NCBI GenBank assembly: GCA_045047305.1
Contig: JASFYO010000003.1
Location: 32,001 to 96,000, forward strand
DNA: 64,000 nt
From: Planctomycetota bacterium
Lineage (GTDB): Bacteria > Planctomycetota > UBA1135
Direction: 5' to 3'
This document shows positions 1 through 9,341 of the stretch, one piece after another; positions within the stretch are counted from its first letter, which is position 1; each line of letters opens with the position of its first letter. Position numbers and translations under genes: made by a program. The notes beneath the pieces are model-generated. The model searched no databases. It saw only the letters and a program-made list of their open reading frames with translations, and was not told the DNA's origin.

Positions 1-1
1 A

Positions 2-1090
2 GGTTCGATCTCTCGTTTGGAACTGCGCACGGATCGTGGGCTCATGGGCAAGGTTGGCCGAAAACTTGTGGTGCCACAATTGCTGCCGGAAGACATCAGT
101 GGTGACGGGCGCCCAGACCTCACGGTGAGTGATGGCTTGCAAATTCGGCAGTTTGTACTTGGGGACTCAGGGTTTCCAAGTGAACCGACCCGGAGCCTAG
201 ACCTCTCTCGTTTTCGCGCCGACATGAATGATTTTGGCGTCGACCTTGGCAACCTAACCAGCTCGATTCGATACCTGGTGCAGGACAAGTGGGCGGATCT
301 CAATGGCGATGGCGCGATGGATTTACTAATCCTTGCGGATGGCCGCATTCGTGTTTTCCTCGGTGGTGAAGATGGTGTCGACCTCGCGCGTGAGCGCACC
401 CGACTGAAAGTGCGCGGGAATGTGTTTTACATTTACCCAGCGCGCATCGATAACGACAATATCCCCGACTTGGTGTTGGTGCGGGTCGAAGATTTGGGAC
501 TCGGTAAGCTTTTACGTGCAGCCTTGTTTTCTTGGGAGATCGAGTTCGATTTTTTGGTTTTCCGCGGCAAGGGTGACGGCGATTTTGAAAAACGGCCTTT
601 TCGCGAACGCTCAGCGAATTTAAAGGGTGATTCTCTGGTTTCTACTTACAAAGGCGAAAAAGACCAGTTTAATAGTTTGCGCCAGAATGTTGTGCGCATG
701 TGTGATTACGACGGCGATGGCATCCGCACAGACTTGGTCACTCTTGGTGCTGGAGGACGGCTACAGGTGTGGCTAAACCTAGTTTCCGATGAGTCGGTCC
801 TGCACGGAGCGATCGAGAAGTTTCTTCAGCAAACTCTCGCTGGGGATGGTGACCTTGATGTCGGAATATCCACTCTCACCCAGTGGACTCTTGGCCGTAC
901 TTCTGCCATGACCTCCATGACTCATGGGATTGAGCCGGACTTAGATATTCGTCTTGAAAACTGGGCGGAACCCCACGCCCTAACCATCCGCGATTTGGAT
1001 GGCGACGGGCGTGAGGAAGTTTTGGCCGTGCGCCTGGTCTCTCCCGACAAAGGCGAGAAAAGCCTGGTCGGGTATTTGCTGCGCTTCTAG
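2..1090 (+). CDS. FG-GAP/VCBS-repeat protein (5'-truncated at window edge)
   Basis: Repeated DxxGDGxxD motifs (DISGDGRPDL, DLNGDGAMDL, DYDGDGIRTDL, DLDGDGREEV); the frame is open from position 2. Confidence 0.8.
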   Translation, partial: GSISRLELRTDRGLMGKVGRKLVVPQLLPEDISGDGRPDLTVSDGLQIRQFVLGDSGFPSEPTRSLDLSRFRADMNDFGVDLGNLTSSIRYLVQDKWADLNGDGAMDLLILADGRIRVFLGGEDGVDLARERTRLKVRGNVFYIYPARIDNDNIPDLVLVRVEDLGLGKLLRAALFSWEIEFDFLVFRGKGDGDFEKRPFRERSANLKGDSLVSTYKGEKDQFNSLRQNVVRMCDYDGDGIRTDLVTLGAGGRLQVWLNLVSDESVLHGAIEKFLQQTLAGDGDLDVGISTLTQWTLGRTSAMTSMTHGIEPDLDIRLENWAEPHALTIRDLDGDGREEVLAVRLVSPDKGEKSLVGYLLRF

Positions 1091-2562
1091 TCGAGTTGTG
1101 TCCACAAGGCCTTGAGATAGCGGCCTTCGGGGAAGTCGATACGTACTGGGTGGTCTGGACCGGCTCCCGTTTCCCGCAGTACACGAATGGTGCGCAAACG
1201 CGCCGCGCGGCGGATGATTTCCTGAAAGGTGAGTGGTTCAAGGAGGCCGCTGCAGGAACAACTGATGAAGAAACCGCCATCCTTCACCAAAGGAATCGCA
1301 AGCTTGTTGATGTCGTTGTACTTCGCTTTTCCCTCTTCAAAGTCACGCCGGCTGCGAATGAACTTTGGCGGGTCCACGATCACAATGTCGAATTGCTTGC
1401 CGTTGTTGGCTAGCGTACGCAAGTAGCTGAATGCATCGGCATGGGTGAACTTGATGTTCTTCAGATGATTGATGTTCGCATTGCGCTTGGCTTGCTCAAT
1501 TGCTTTCTCATCCAGGTCGATACCGCGCACCTCACTTGCGCCAGCAGCAGCGGCATTCAGAGAGAAGCCTCCGGTGTAAGAACAAACGTCCAGCACCGAG
1601 GGTGGGTTGCCCGCATCCGCCAATCGCTTGACTAAGGCTGCAAGGCGTGCGCGGTTTTCACGTTGGTCACAGAAGAAGCCGGTCTTATGGCCTTCCGCCT
1701 GGAACACTTCATAGGTGATGGCGCCTTCTTCAAACTGAAAGCGTGGCGGACAGCCTGCCGAGCGCTTTTCAAAGGGGATTCCACCTTCGGCTCGCGCTGC
1801 TGTTTCATCGTAGACCACACGGTGCTCTTTGGTGCCAAGTACCTCGTGGAAGGTCGGAAGCACCAATTCGAAGATATCCGCCATGGGCTCGGAGTAAGCC
1901 TCGGCGACTAGAAGCTCTCCGTAACGGTCCATGGTTAGCGCTGGGAAATCATCGCCTTCTGCGTGCAGGATACGACAAACTTCATTTGGAATGTCAGGGT
2001 CTGCTATGCGGCGTTCTGCAGCAGCACGCGCGCGCTCATGCCAGAATTCTTCCGTTGGCTCGGAATTGTCACGCGTGACCAAGCGCACCGCAATGCGCGA
2101 GTGCGGGTGAAAAAAACCCCAACCGCGGAAGTCTTGGTACTGGTCATATACAGCAACCATAGTGCCAGCCTTATGCCGCGCGGAAGTGCGGTCGACATCG
2201 CCGGACCAAACGCGGGGGCCACGCATCGGACCACGCAAAGTCACCCACGGCTCCATGCGTTCGACTGTACGGCCGGATTCACGCTCCTTGTCGCGACGCC
2301 ATTGGCCGCCACCACTGCGTCCGGAGGATTCATGGCCACGTGCACCATGTCCCCCACGGTCGTCGCGGCCGTAGTTACGGCGCCCGTCATTGCGGTCATC
2401 ATCATCGCTGTCGCGGTCGCTGCGGTGGGTGTCGTCGGAGTCACGGCCGCCGCCGCGATATGAATCTCGTCCGCCACGATCATCGCGGCGAGAATCACGT
2501 TGTCCGCCATCTTGACGAGAATCGCGGTTGCCGCTGCCGGCGTTGTCCCAAGGGCTAGCCAT
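1087..2562 (-). CDS. RlmI-family class I SAM-dependent rRNA m5C methyltransferase with ~100-aa R/D/G-rich N-terminal extension
   Basis: GHKTGFFCDQRENR, VLDVCSYTGGF, FDIVIVDPPKF, SCSCSG and GPDHP...PEGRYLK motifs of RlmI/YwbD-type enzymes; PUA-like region. Confidence 0.85.
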   Translation of the reverse strand: MASPWDNAGSGNRDSRQDGGQRDSRRDDRGGRDSYRGGGRDSDDTHRSDRDSDDDDRNDGRRNYGRDDRGGHGARGHESSGRSGGGQWRRDKERESGRTVERMEPWVTLRGPMRGPRVWSGDVDRTSARHKAGTMVAVYDQYQDFRGWGFFHPHSRIAVRLVTRDNSEPTEEFWHERARAAAERRIADPDIPNEVCRILHAEGDDFPALTMDRYGELLVAEAYSEPMADIFELVLPTFHEVLGTKEHRVVYDETAARAEGGIPFEKRSAGCPPRFQFEEGAITYEVFQAEGHKTGFFCDQRENRARLAALVKRLADAGNPPSVLDVCSYTGGFSLNAAAAGASEVRGIDLDEKAIEQAKRNANINHLKNIKFTHADAFSYLRTLANNGKQFDIVIVDPPKFIRSRRDFEEGKAKYNDINKLAIPLVKDGGFFISCSCSGLLEPLTFQEIIRRAARLRTIRVLRETGAGPDHPVRIDFPEGRYLKALWTQLD

Positions 2563-2564
2563 GT

Positions 2565-2972
2565 TTATTTACCTCCGAGCTTTTTGAATTTCTCGAATTG
2601 AGTTTTATTCAGCGGCATCACGGAAAGCCGGGTTTGTTTGACTAGGGCTGATTCGGCCAAGGTTTTGTCGGCGCGTACTGTGGCCAAAGTCACGGGTTCT
2701 GCAAATGCGATTTGCACTTCAAGGTCCACCGCGGTCCAGTCACCATCGGTGGCAGTCGGGTCTGGATAACCTTCACCAATTACTTTGGCCGTGCCCATCG
2801 CGGACTTGAGCTTTCCCGAGTGGTAGAACACCACGCCGTCGCCCTTTTTCATTAAGCGAAGGTTGTTGCGCGCCTGATAATTACGCACGCCATCCCAACA
2901 GGTGCTGCCATCTTTGAGGAACATCTCAAAGGTGTATTTCGTGGGTTCTTCCTTTACCAGCCAGTATGCCAT
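2565..2972 (-). CDS. EVE domain protein
   Basis: MAYWLVKEEP...WDGVRNYQARNNLR...GDGVVFYHSG...RLSVMP is the EVE family signature. Confidence 0.92.
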   Translation of the reverse strand: MAYWLVKEEPTKYTFEMFLKDGSTCWDGVRNYQARNNLRLMKKGDGVVFYHSGKLKSAMGTAKVIGEGYPDPTATDGDWTAVDLEVQIAFAEPVTLATVRADKTLAESALVKQTRLSVMPLNKTQFEKFKKLGGK

Positions 2973-3032
2973 GGGGGGAATTCTAACCGCGTCGCGGGGG
3001 CTTAAGTAGGCGGGAGAGATAGACTAAGCATC

Positions 3033-3878
3033 ATGGGTGAACGCCTAGCCGATTACGACCGTTTGAAGCTCGAAGAGCTCAATTACAACAGCTACCTGAA
3101 GATTCCGGAGCTGACTTCGCTGCAGGAATTGCGTAGTGATCCGGTGCACCACGATGAAATGTTTTTCATCGTCATCCACCAGAGTTTTGAGCTCTGGTTT
3201 AAGGAGATGCTCCACGAAGCCGGTCTTATGGTCCAGTGCTTTGAAAAAGGAGACATCGCCCACTCGCTGAAGGTTCTAAAGCGCATTCAGGCCATTTTGA
3301 CCTGCCTGACGCAGCAGATTCAGCTGCTCGGCACGCTAACCCCAGAGGAGTTTGCTGGCTTTCGTGAGGCCTTAGGTACAGGCAGCGGCTTTCAGTCGGT
3401 ACAGTTTCGTGAAATGGAATTCGTCTGTGGTCAGCGGGATCCTTGGTTCTTCCAGTTTTTTGAGAATCAGCCGGATGAACTCGCCCGCTTGAGAGCACGC
3501 TTTGAGGCTCCAAGCCTGTATGATTTTTTCCTGCGCGCCATGGCGCGGGAGGGATATGCCGTCCCCCAAGCCATTCTGGAACGGGATTTGTCGGAGACCC
3601 ACAGCATGAACGATGAACTCGTCATCGTTTTTCGCGATCTCTACCAGAACCCTGGAAATAACTATCACTGGGTACTCGCCTGCGAAGCCCTTCTCGATCT
3701 CGACACCATGTGGTCAAACTTCCGCTCCGCGCACATCCTGATGGTATCGCGCACGATTGGCGGCAAGAAGGGCACTGGCGGGTCTAGTGGCGTCCCATTC
3801 CTGGAATCGCGTCTGCCGCTGCGCTTTTTCCCCGAGTTATGGGAAATGCGGAATGCCGAATGGAACACCAATAAGTAA
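3033..3878 (+). CDS. kynA: Tryptophan 2,3-dioxygenase
   Basis: YNSYLKI, HDEMFFIVIHQSFELWFK, FREALGTGSGFQSVQFR, IGGKKGTGGSSG motifs. Confidence 0.95.
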   Translation: MGERLADYDRLKLEELNYNSYLKIPELTSLQELRSDPVHHDEMFFIVIHQSFELWFKEMLHEAGLMVQCFEKGDIAHSLKVLKRIQAILTCLTQQIQLLGTLTPEEFAGFREALGTGSGFQSVQFREMEFVCGQRDPWFFQFFENQPDELARLRARFEAPSLYDFFLRAMAREGYAVPQAILERDLSETHSMNDELVIVFRDLYQNPGNNYHWVLACEALLDLDTMWSNFRSAHILMVSRTIGGKKGTGGSSGVPFLESRLPLRFFPELWEMRNAEWNTNK

Positions 3879-3882
3879 AACC

Positions 3883-4674
3883 GTGACACTCTCTCAATCT
3901 CTTAACGGCAAGCACGCATTGGTGTGTGGTGCAAGCTCTGGCATCGGACGTGAAATCGCCTTAGCCATGGCGGCGCAAGGTGCCCGTTTGTCCTTTTTTG
4001 CTCGTTCCGCCGAAAAGTTAACCGTGCTTGCTGAAGAGTGCCTCGCTGTAGGCGCCGAAACAGCTGTCGGTTTCCCTGTCGATCTCGAAGATGCCGACGC
4101 CCTCGCCTCCGCCACTGCCAGCGTCTTGCAGCAGGCAGGTCCGGTACACATTCTGATTAACAATAGTGGTGGGCCTCCTGGGGGGCCTTTGCTGAACGCT
4201 TTCGTGGAGGACTTCCTTGCGCCTTTGCGCCGGCATTTGTTTGCCGCACATTATTTGGTGCAGCAGCTTGTCGCCGGGATGCAGGAAGAGGGATACGGTC
4301 GTATTCTCAATATTATTTCGACTTCCGTGAAAGAGCCGATTGCTGGATTAGGCGTTTCCAACACGGTGCGTGGGGCGGTTGCGGCATGGGCTAAAACTTT
4401 GTCCAAGGAGTTGCCTACTTGCGTCACCATTAACAATCTCTTACCCGGTTTTACTGCTACCGACCGATTGGATTCCTTGCGTGAAACCGTCGCCGGGCGT
4501 CAGGGGATTTCGGCCGACGAAGTCGAAGCCAACTGGCTGGCCACCGTGCCTGCCGGACGCTTAGGCGATCCGCGAGAACTCGCCGCGCTTGCTGCATTTC
4601 TCGCCAGCCCAGCAGGTGCCTTTGTGCGTGGCCAATCGATTGCGGTCGACGGAGGCCGCCTCAACGGAATCTAG
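3883..4674 (+). CDS. SDR family oxidoreductase (atypical SNxxR in place of YxxxK)
   Basis: CGASSGIG Rossmann motif, ILINNSGGP, SNTVRGAV, GRLGDPRE; start moved to GTG at 3883, just after the kynA stop. Confidence 0.88.
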   Translation: MTLSQSLNGKHALVCGASSGIGREIALAMAAQGARLSFFARSAEKLTVLAEECLAVGAETAVGFPVDLEDADALASATASVLQQAGPVHILINNSGGPPGGPLLNAFVEDFLAPLRRHLFAAHYLVQQLVAGMQEEGYGRILNIISTSVKEPIAGLGVSNTVRGAVAAWAKTLSKELPTCVTINNLLPGFTATDRLDSLRETVAGRQGISADEVEANWLATVPAGRLGDPRELAALAAFLASPAGAFVRGQSIAVDGGRLNGI

Positions 4675-4682
4675 ACCCCATC

Positions 4683-5921
4683 ATGCATTTCGACGTCTTC
4701 TTCTCCATTTGCCAAACACCGGTTGCGGGGTACGCCCCCGATGAAGCGACCATGTTTCGCAACTTCTTTGACCAGGTGAAGGTTGCCGACGACTTGGGCT
4801 ACGAATGTGCATGGATCGCGGAGTCGCACCTCTCCACCGAAGTGCAGAAGACCAACCGTCGCCCGGTGGTGCCTCACTTTCAGGGCGAGGTCGGGCTCAA
4901 CGTCGATATCACCCAGTTGGCGCACAAGGTTTTTGCAACCACCAAAAATATCGAGGTGGGAGCTGCAGTGATGAACATCGTGTGTAACGGTGGCCCGATT
5001 GCTGCCGCAGAGCGTTTGGCCTGTTTCTGCGCTCTGCACGGTCTCGACCCCAAGGAAACCCGCCGTTTGCGCATTGGATTTTCCATGGGACGCTTTGAGT
5101 TCATGAACCGCGCCTATGCTGTGGATTACCGCGATGCCATCGAAGAAGCTGCATGGCCGGCGTACAAAGGCCAGATGTTCCGTGAGGCTTGCGAGGTATT
5201 CCTGCGGCTACTCCGCGGCGATGTCCTCGATAGCACGCAAACTCCAGATACTGTGCTGACTCGTGCAAACTTCCGTTCCGATGAGGATTGGAACCGCGTG
5301 CAGGAAGCGTGGAAGACTGTCCACGGCGAGGATGCGCCCGACGCCATCCTATTCGCAAAACGCTGGCCTTTTGAATCCATTAAATTGATCCCGCAGGAGT
5401 GGCGGCGCGAGTTGTTGGACTTGATTGTGGGCTCGCATGATCCCGCATTGCAAGAACAGTTGAATGCAATTGCCCCGGTGAAGGTGTTCAACCTTTCGAT
5501 TACTTCCGAGGAGATCATTCATAAAACGCACGAGCGTTTAGCCACCACCTATCACCAAGATGGGGGCGCTTGGCGGCGTGAATACATGCCGCGCACGGTG
5601 ATGGTATTCCTCAATAACGAGGAAGGATTAAGTGGAGCGGAACAATCAGCCGCGGCTTCCAAAGAGGCTGAAGCGGCACTCTCGGAATACTGGAATGCCT
5701 TGGAGGGTACGCTAGACCCGAAAAAAGTCGCCGCTGCCACCGAAAACGCTTTGGTCGGAAATGCGCAGGAAATTGCGCAGCAAGTGCAAGAGCGCTTCCA
5801 CGCGGATGATCGCCTCATGTTGTGGTTCGATTTCTATAACCATGATTCGGCTCGGGTGATGCGCAACATGGAAGCCTTTCAGCGCGTTGTGATTCCTGCC
5901 GTAGAAGGAGCAGCAAAGTGA
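4683..5921 (+). CDS. LLM-class (luciferase-like) flavin-dependent monooxygenase
   Basis: QVKVADDLGYECAWIAESH, TKNIEVGAAV, LVGNAQEIAQQV, FQRVVIPA are typical of the bacterial luciferase-like TIM barrel. Confidence 0.85.
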   Translation: MHFDVFFSICQTPVAGYAPDEATMFRNFFDQVKVADDLGYECAWIAESHLSTEVQKTNRRPVVPHFQGEVGLNVDITQLAHKVFATTKNIEVGAAVMNIVCNGGPIAAAERLACFCALHGLDPKETRRLRIGFSMGRFEFMNRAYAVDYRDAIEEAAWPAYKGQMFREACEVFLRLLRGDVLDSTQTPDTVLTRANFRSDEDWNRVQEAWKTVHGEDAPDAILFAKRWPFESIKLIPQEWRRELLDLIVGSHDPALQEQLNAIAPVKVFNLSITSEEIIHKTHERLATTYHQDGGAWRREYMPRTVMVFLNNEEGLSGAEQSAAASKEAEAALSEYWNALEGTLDPKKVAAATENALVGNAQEIAQQVQERFHADDRLMLWFDFYNHDSARVMRNMEAFQRVVIPAVEGAAK

Positions 5922-7027
5922 GTGCTCCTTCCGGTAAACCTGCACGCCCACGCGATGCCATGTATCCACCTTCCCCGTTGGGCGTGAAGGAGGAGGGCGT
6001 GCCGACCGGGCGCGATGTCGAATGGGAACCGCTGGTCGACTTCCGCCGCGCCGGTGTTTCCGAAACCACTATTCATGGTGCGGTGGCATGGGCCCACGGG
6101 GACGAGGTCTTCCATAGCTTTGGCGGCAACGTTCTGTGTTATGGGCGCTCGATGATGAAACCATTGATGATGAAGGTATTCACTCAAGAGTTGGAAGCCG
6201 ATTTGGATTGGCGTCAGCGCGCGATTGCGGTTGCCTCACACAACGGCGATGCGCAGCACGTGGAAGCGGCGCAGTCCATCCTTGCGGAAAAGGATTGGGG
6301 ACTGATGCAGACGCCCCTGGATGTGCCCTTGGTGCAGTTTGGGCGCCAAGTCCGGCGTCCACGTCGGTGGTTTCACACCTGCAGTGGTGAACATTCCGCA
6401 TTGATCCGTGGGTGCCAACTCAAGGGTTGGGAAGAGGTCGGTTATCTCTTGCCGCAACACCCATTCTTCCACGCCTACGTGGAGCAAATCCGTCGTTATC
6501 TCGGCAGTGACTGGCGCCCTCTGCGTGTGGCGCGCGACGGTTGTGGATTACCAACTTTATCCAACACGGTGGTCGAGCTTGCACAGCTTTACGCTGGACT
6601 CGCGCGCGACCGTGATGAAGATTGGATTTGGGAAGCCATGCAGCGCTATCCCGATTTGGTTGGTGGCTTCAATCGCCTGGATTCCACCATCTTGAAATCA
6701 GGCAAAGGTCTGGTGCTGGCGAAAGAGGGCGCCGATGGCCTGCTTGGTCTTTCCATCGTGCATCCGGATTACCCCAAGGGGCTTGGCATCGTGGTGAAAA
6801 TCGCACACGGCTGGAATTCGCAAGCCACTTGGTACATCGCACGTGGCTTGCTTGGTGTTCTTGGAATCGAGTTGCGCAACCCCTACGCATTGCATCGTCA
6901 GAAAGCCTTTTTGGTGCCAGGAATGGTGCCCGAATCCATGCTCGGTAAACTTGCCGAGATTCCAACTTGGGATGAATGGGATCCCGACCGTGAACGTTAC
7001 GACTTCGATTGGGAGCCTTACCTATGA
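5918..7027 (+). CDS. L-asparaginase II (Rhizobium etli-type, class 3) homolog
   Basis: GRSMMKP, ASHNG, TCSGEH, DGCGLP, AKEGADG match the RSxxKP / SHxG / NCSGKH / DGCxxP / KxGADG motif series; overlaps the upstream gene by 4 nt. Confidence 0.85.
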   Translation: MSAPSGKPARPRDAMYPPSPLGVKEEGVPTGRDVEWEPLVDFRRAGVSETTIHGAVAWAHGDEVFHSFGGNVLCYGRSMMKPLMMKVFTQELEADLDWRQRAIAVASHNGDAQHVEAAQSILAEKDWGLMQTPLDVPLVQFGRQVRRPRRWFHTCSGEHSALIRGCQLKGWEEVGYLLPQHPFFHAYVEQIRRYLGSDWRPLRVARDGCGLPTLSNTVVELAQLYAGLARDRDEDWIWEAMQRYPDLVGGFNRLDSTILKSGKGLVLAKEGADGLLGLSIVHPDYPKGLGIVVKIAHGWNSQATWYIARGLLGVLGIELRNPYALHRQKAFLVPGMVPESMLGKLAEIPTWDEWDPDRERYDFDWEPYL

Positions 7028-8430
7028 GCAGAACCACTGATAACTGGATTGATGGAGCGATGGCTGCGCCGGAGAGCGGTGCTTACTTGGACAACATCGA
7101 TCCGAAAACTGGAACCGTGTGCGGCAAGATTGCGCGCAGTGGTGCCGCCGACGTCGAGCGTGCGGTTACAGCAGCAGCAGCAGCTCCGCGCTTGTCTGTA
7201 AACGACCGCAGTGCATTGTTGATTGCGGTTGCCGATGCCGTCGCCAAGCGAATTCCAGAGTTTGCAGCTGCCGAAGCGGAAGATAGTGGCAAAACCTTGG
7301 CTGCAACCACCAACGGCGACATCCCTCGGGCTTTAGATAACTTGCGCTACTTTGCCGCCGCAGTGCGTAGTGATCAAACTGCTTGCCATCAAATGGAAGA
7401 TGGTTTGAACTACACATTACGGCAGCCTTTGGGGGTGATTGCAGCGATTACCCCGTGGAATTTCCCACTACACCTATTTACTTGGAAGCTTGCGCCGGCC
7501 ATCGCCATGGGCAATGCCGTGGTGGCAAAACCAAGCGAGATGACCCCGTCTACCGCCACCATGTTCGCCGAGGTGTTTTCCGAAGTCGGCGCACCGAACG
7601 GTTTATTGAACGTGGTGCATGGCCTTGGTGCGGAAGCGGGGGAGCCGTTGGTGACCGATCCCCGTATCAAGGCAGTCTCTTTCACGGGTGGAACTGCTAC
7701 TGGGAAACGTATTGCTAGCCAAGCTGCGCCATTGCTGAAAAAGGTGAGCCTTGAGCTCGGTGGCAAAAACCCAAGCTTAGTTTTTGCCGACTGCGATGTA
7801 CACAAAGCAGCTGCTGGTGTGGCACGTGCCGCTTTCTTCAACACTGGGCAAGTTTGCCTTTGCGGTTCGCGCCTTTTGGTGGAGGCTTCGATTCACGACG
7901 ATTTTGTGGAAGCCCTGAAACAGCAAGTTGAGAGCGGGGATTGGACTCCCGGTGGCTCCATGGGGTCGTTGATCTCCTTTGAACACCGTGAAAAGGTTGC
8001 CTCCTACGTCGACCTTGCGCGGCAAGAAGGTGGCACGGTTGTTTTTGGCGGCCATAAGGTTGGCCCTGAAGGCGGTGCTTTTTTTGAACCGACACTGATC
8101 ACTGGTTTGCCCATCGATTGTCGTACAGCTACCGAGGAAATCTTTGGGCCGGTGGTTACGGTACACCCTTTCAGCACTGAAGCCGAGGCCTTGTCGATGG
8201 CGAACGCCGTGGACTATGGACTAGCATCTTCCATTTGGACTCAGGACATCACTCGCGCGCACCGTCTTGCCGCCGATATTGAGTCTGGCATGGTGTGGAT
8301 TAACACTTGGAATAAACGCGACTTCCGGGTGCCCTTCGGTGGCATGAAACAAAGTGGCGTCGGCCGGGAAGGTGGACGCTACGCCATGGAGTTCTTCTCG
8401 CAAGACCGCAACATCTGCATTCAACTTTGA
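7024..8430 (+). CDS. amnC: Aldehyde dehydrogenase, probably 2-aminomuconate 6-semialdehyde dehydrogenase (AmnC/ALDH8-like)
   Basis: ITPWNFP, LELGGKNP, GQVCLCGSR, EEIFGPV, RDFRVPFGGMKQSG; context next to amnBA; ATG at 7024 overlaps the previous stop. Confidence 0.8.
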   Translation: MSRTTDNWIDGAMAAPESGAYLDNIDPKTGTVCGKIARSGAADVERAVTAAAAAPRLSVNDRSALLIAVADAVAKRIPEFAAAEAEDSGKTLAATTNGDIPRALDNLRYFAAAVRSDQTACHQMEDGLNYTLRQPLGVIAAITPWNFPLHLFTWKLAPAIAMGNAVVAKPSEMTPSTATMFAEVFSEVGAPNGLLNVVHGLGAEAGEPLVTDPRIKAVSFTGGTATGKRIASQAAPLLKKVSLELGGKNPSLVFADCDVHKAAAGVARAAFFNTGQVCLCGSRLLVEASIHDDFVEALKQQVESGDWTPGGSMGSLISFEHREKVASYVDLARQEGGTVVFGGHKVGPEGGAFFEPTLITGLPIDCRTATEEIFGPVVTVHPFSTEAEALSMANAVDYGLASSIWTQDITRAHRLAADIESGMVWINTWNKRDFRVPFGGMKQSGVGREGGRYAMEFFSQDRNICIQL

Positions 8431-8432
8431 TC

Positions 8433-9341
8433 ATGAATGAGCCAGGAAGAATCGTTACCGGATGCCTTGCCCCGCATCCACCACACCTCGTATACGCTTC
8501 GAATCCAGAGCAAAATGAGCCCAGGTCGAGTGGCGCTGGAGCCTGGAAACCGTTGTTGGATGGCTACGCGCGGCTACGTGAGAGCATTCAAAACCGTGAG
8601 TACGATGTCATCATTGTGCATACCCCGCACTGGAAGACCACGGTCGGGCACCATCTTTTGGGGGTGCCCCATTTCGAAGGACTGTCGGTAGATCCAATCT
8701 TCCCCAATCTGTTCCGTTTTCATTTCGACCTGAATGTCGATGTGGATCTCGCTGAGGCCATTTGCGCCGAGGCCGAAACCGAAGGCCTGGTGATGGGCAT
8801 GATGCGTAACCCCGAGTTTCGGGTGGACTATGGAACCATCACCTCGAGCTACTTGGTGCGCCCAGAATTCGATTTGCCGATTGTGGCGATTAGTTCGGCG
8901 CGGACCTATTTCGACTACAGCGATGAAGCCGGCGAACGGGAAATGCTTGCGCTTGGTGCTGCAACCAAACGTGCGGTGGAGAAGTCCGGCAAGAAAGCCT
9001 TGTTGCTTGCAAGTTGCTCCTTGAGCCATCGGCACTTCACCGATGAGCCGTCGGATCCGGAAGACCCAAGTTTTGAAGGCATCTATAACGCCAATCAAGG
9101 CAAGTGGGACCGCCACATGATGGCCATGATGGAGGCAGGGGACACCGCCCGATTGCTTGAGGAAATGCCAGACTTTATTGCCCAAGCGATTTCAGAATGT
9201 CGCGATGGCAGCCTTACATGGATGCTTGCCGCTATGGATATGCCAACCATCCCCGCAAAGATTCATGGTTATGGAACGGTGATTGGAACCGGCAATGCGG
9301 TCGTGGAGTGGGATTTAGAAGGCGCAGAGGTGAAGGCATGA
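8433..9341 (+). CDS. amnB: 2-aminophenol 1,6-dioxygenase beta (catalytic) subunit, LigB family
   Basis: LAPHPPHLVY.NP.QNEPRS, HTPHW, SVDPIFPNLFRF, MMRNPEFRVDYGTIT, LSHRHF, GYGTVIGTGNAVVEW closely match recalled AmnB/CnbCb; the Fe-ligand His/His/Glu appear retained. Confidence 0.9.
   Translation: MNEPGRIVTGCLAPHPPHLVYASNPEQNEPRSSGAGAWKPLLDGYARLRESIQNREYDVIIVHTPHWKTTVGHHLLGVPHFEGLSVDPIFPNLFRFHFDLNVDVDLAEAICAEAETEGLVMGMMRNPEFRVDYGTITSSYLVRPEFDLPIVAISSARTYFDYSDEAGEREMLALGAATKRAVEKSGKKALLLASCSLSHRHFTDEPSDPEDPSFEGIYNANQGKWDRHMMAMMEAGDTARLLEEMPDFIAQAISECRDGSLTWMLAAMDMPTIPAKIHGYGTVIGTGNAVVEWDLEGAEVKA

Noticed and set aside
2565..2972. EVE protein plus methyltransferase as a defence or modification-dependent restriction system
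   Set aside because: Stand-alone EVE with no nuclease partner, and the methyltransferase is an rRNA-type enzyme
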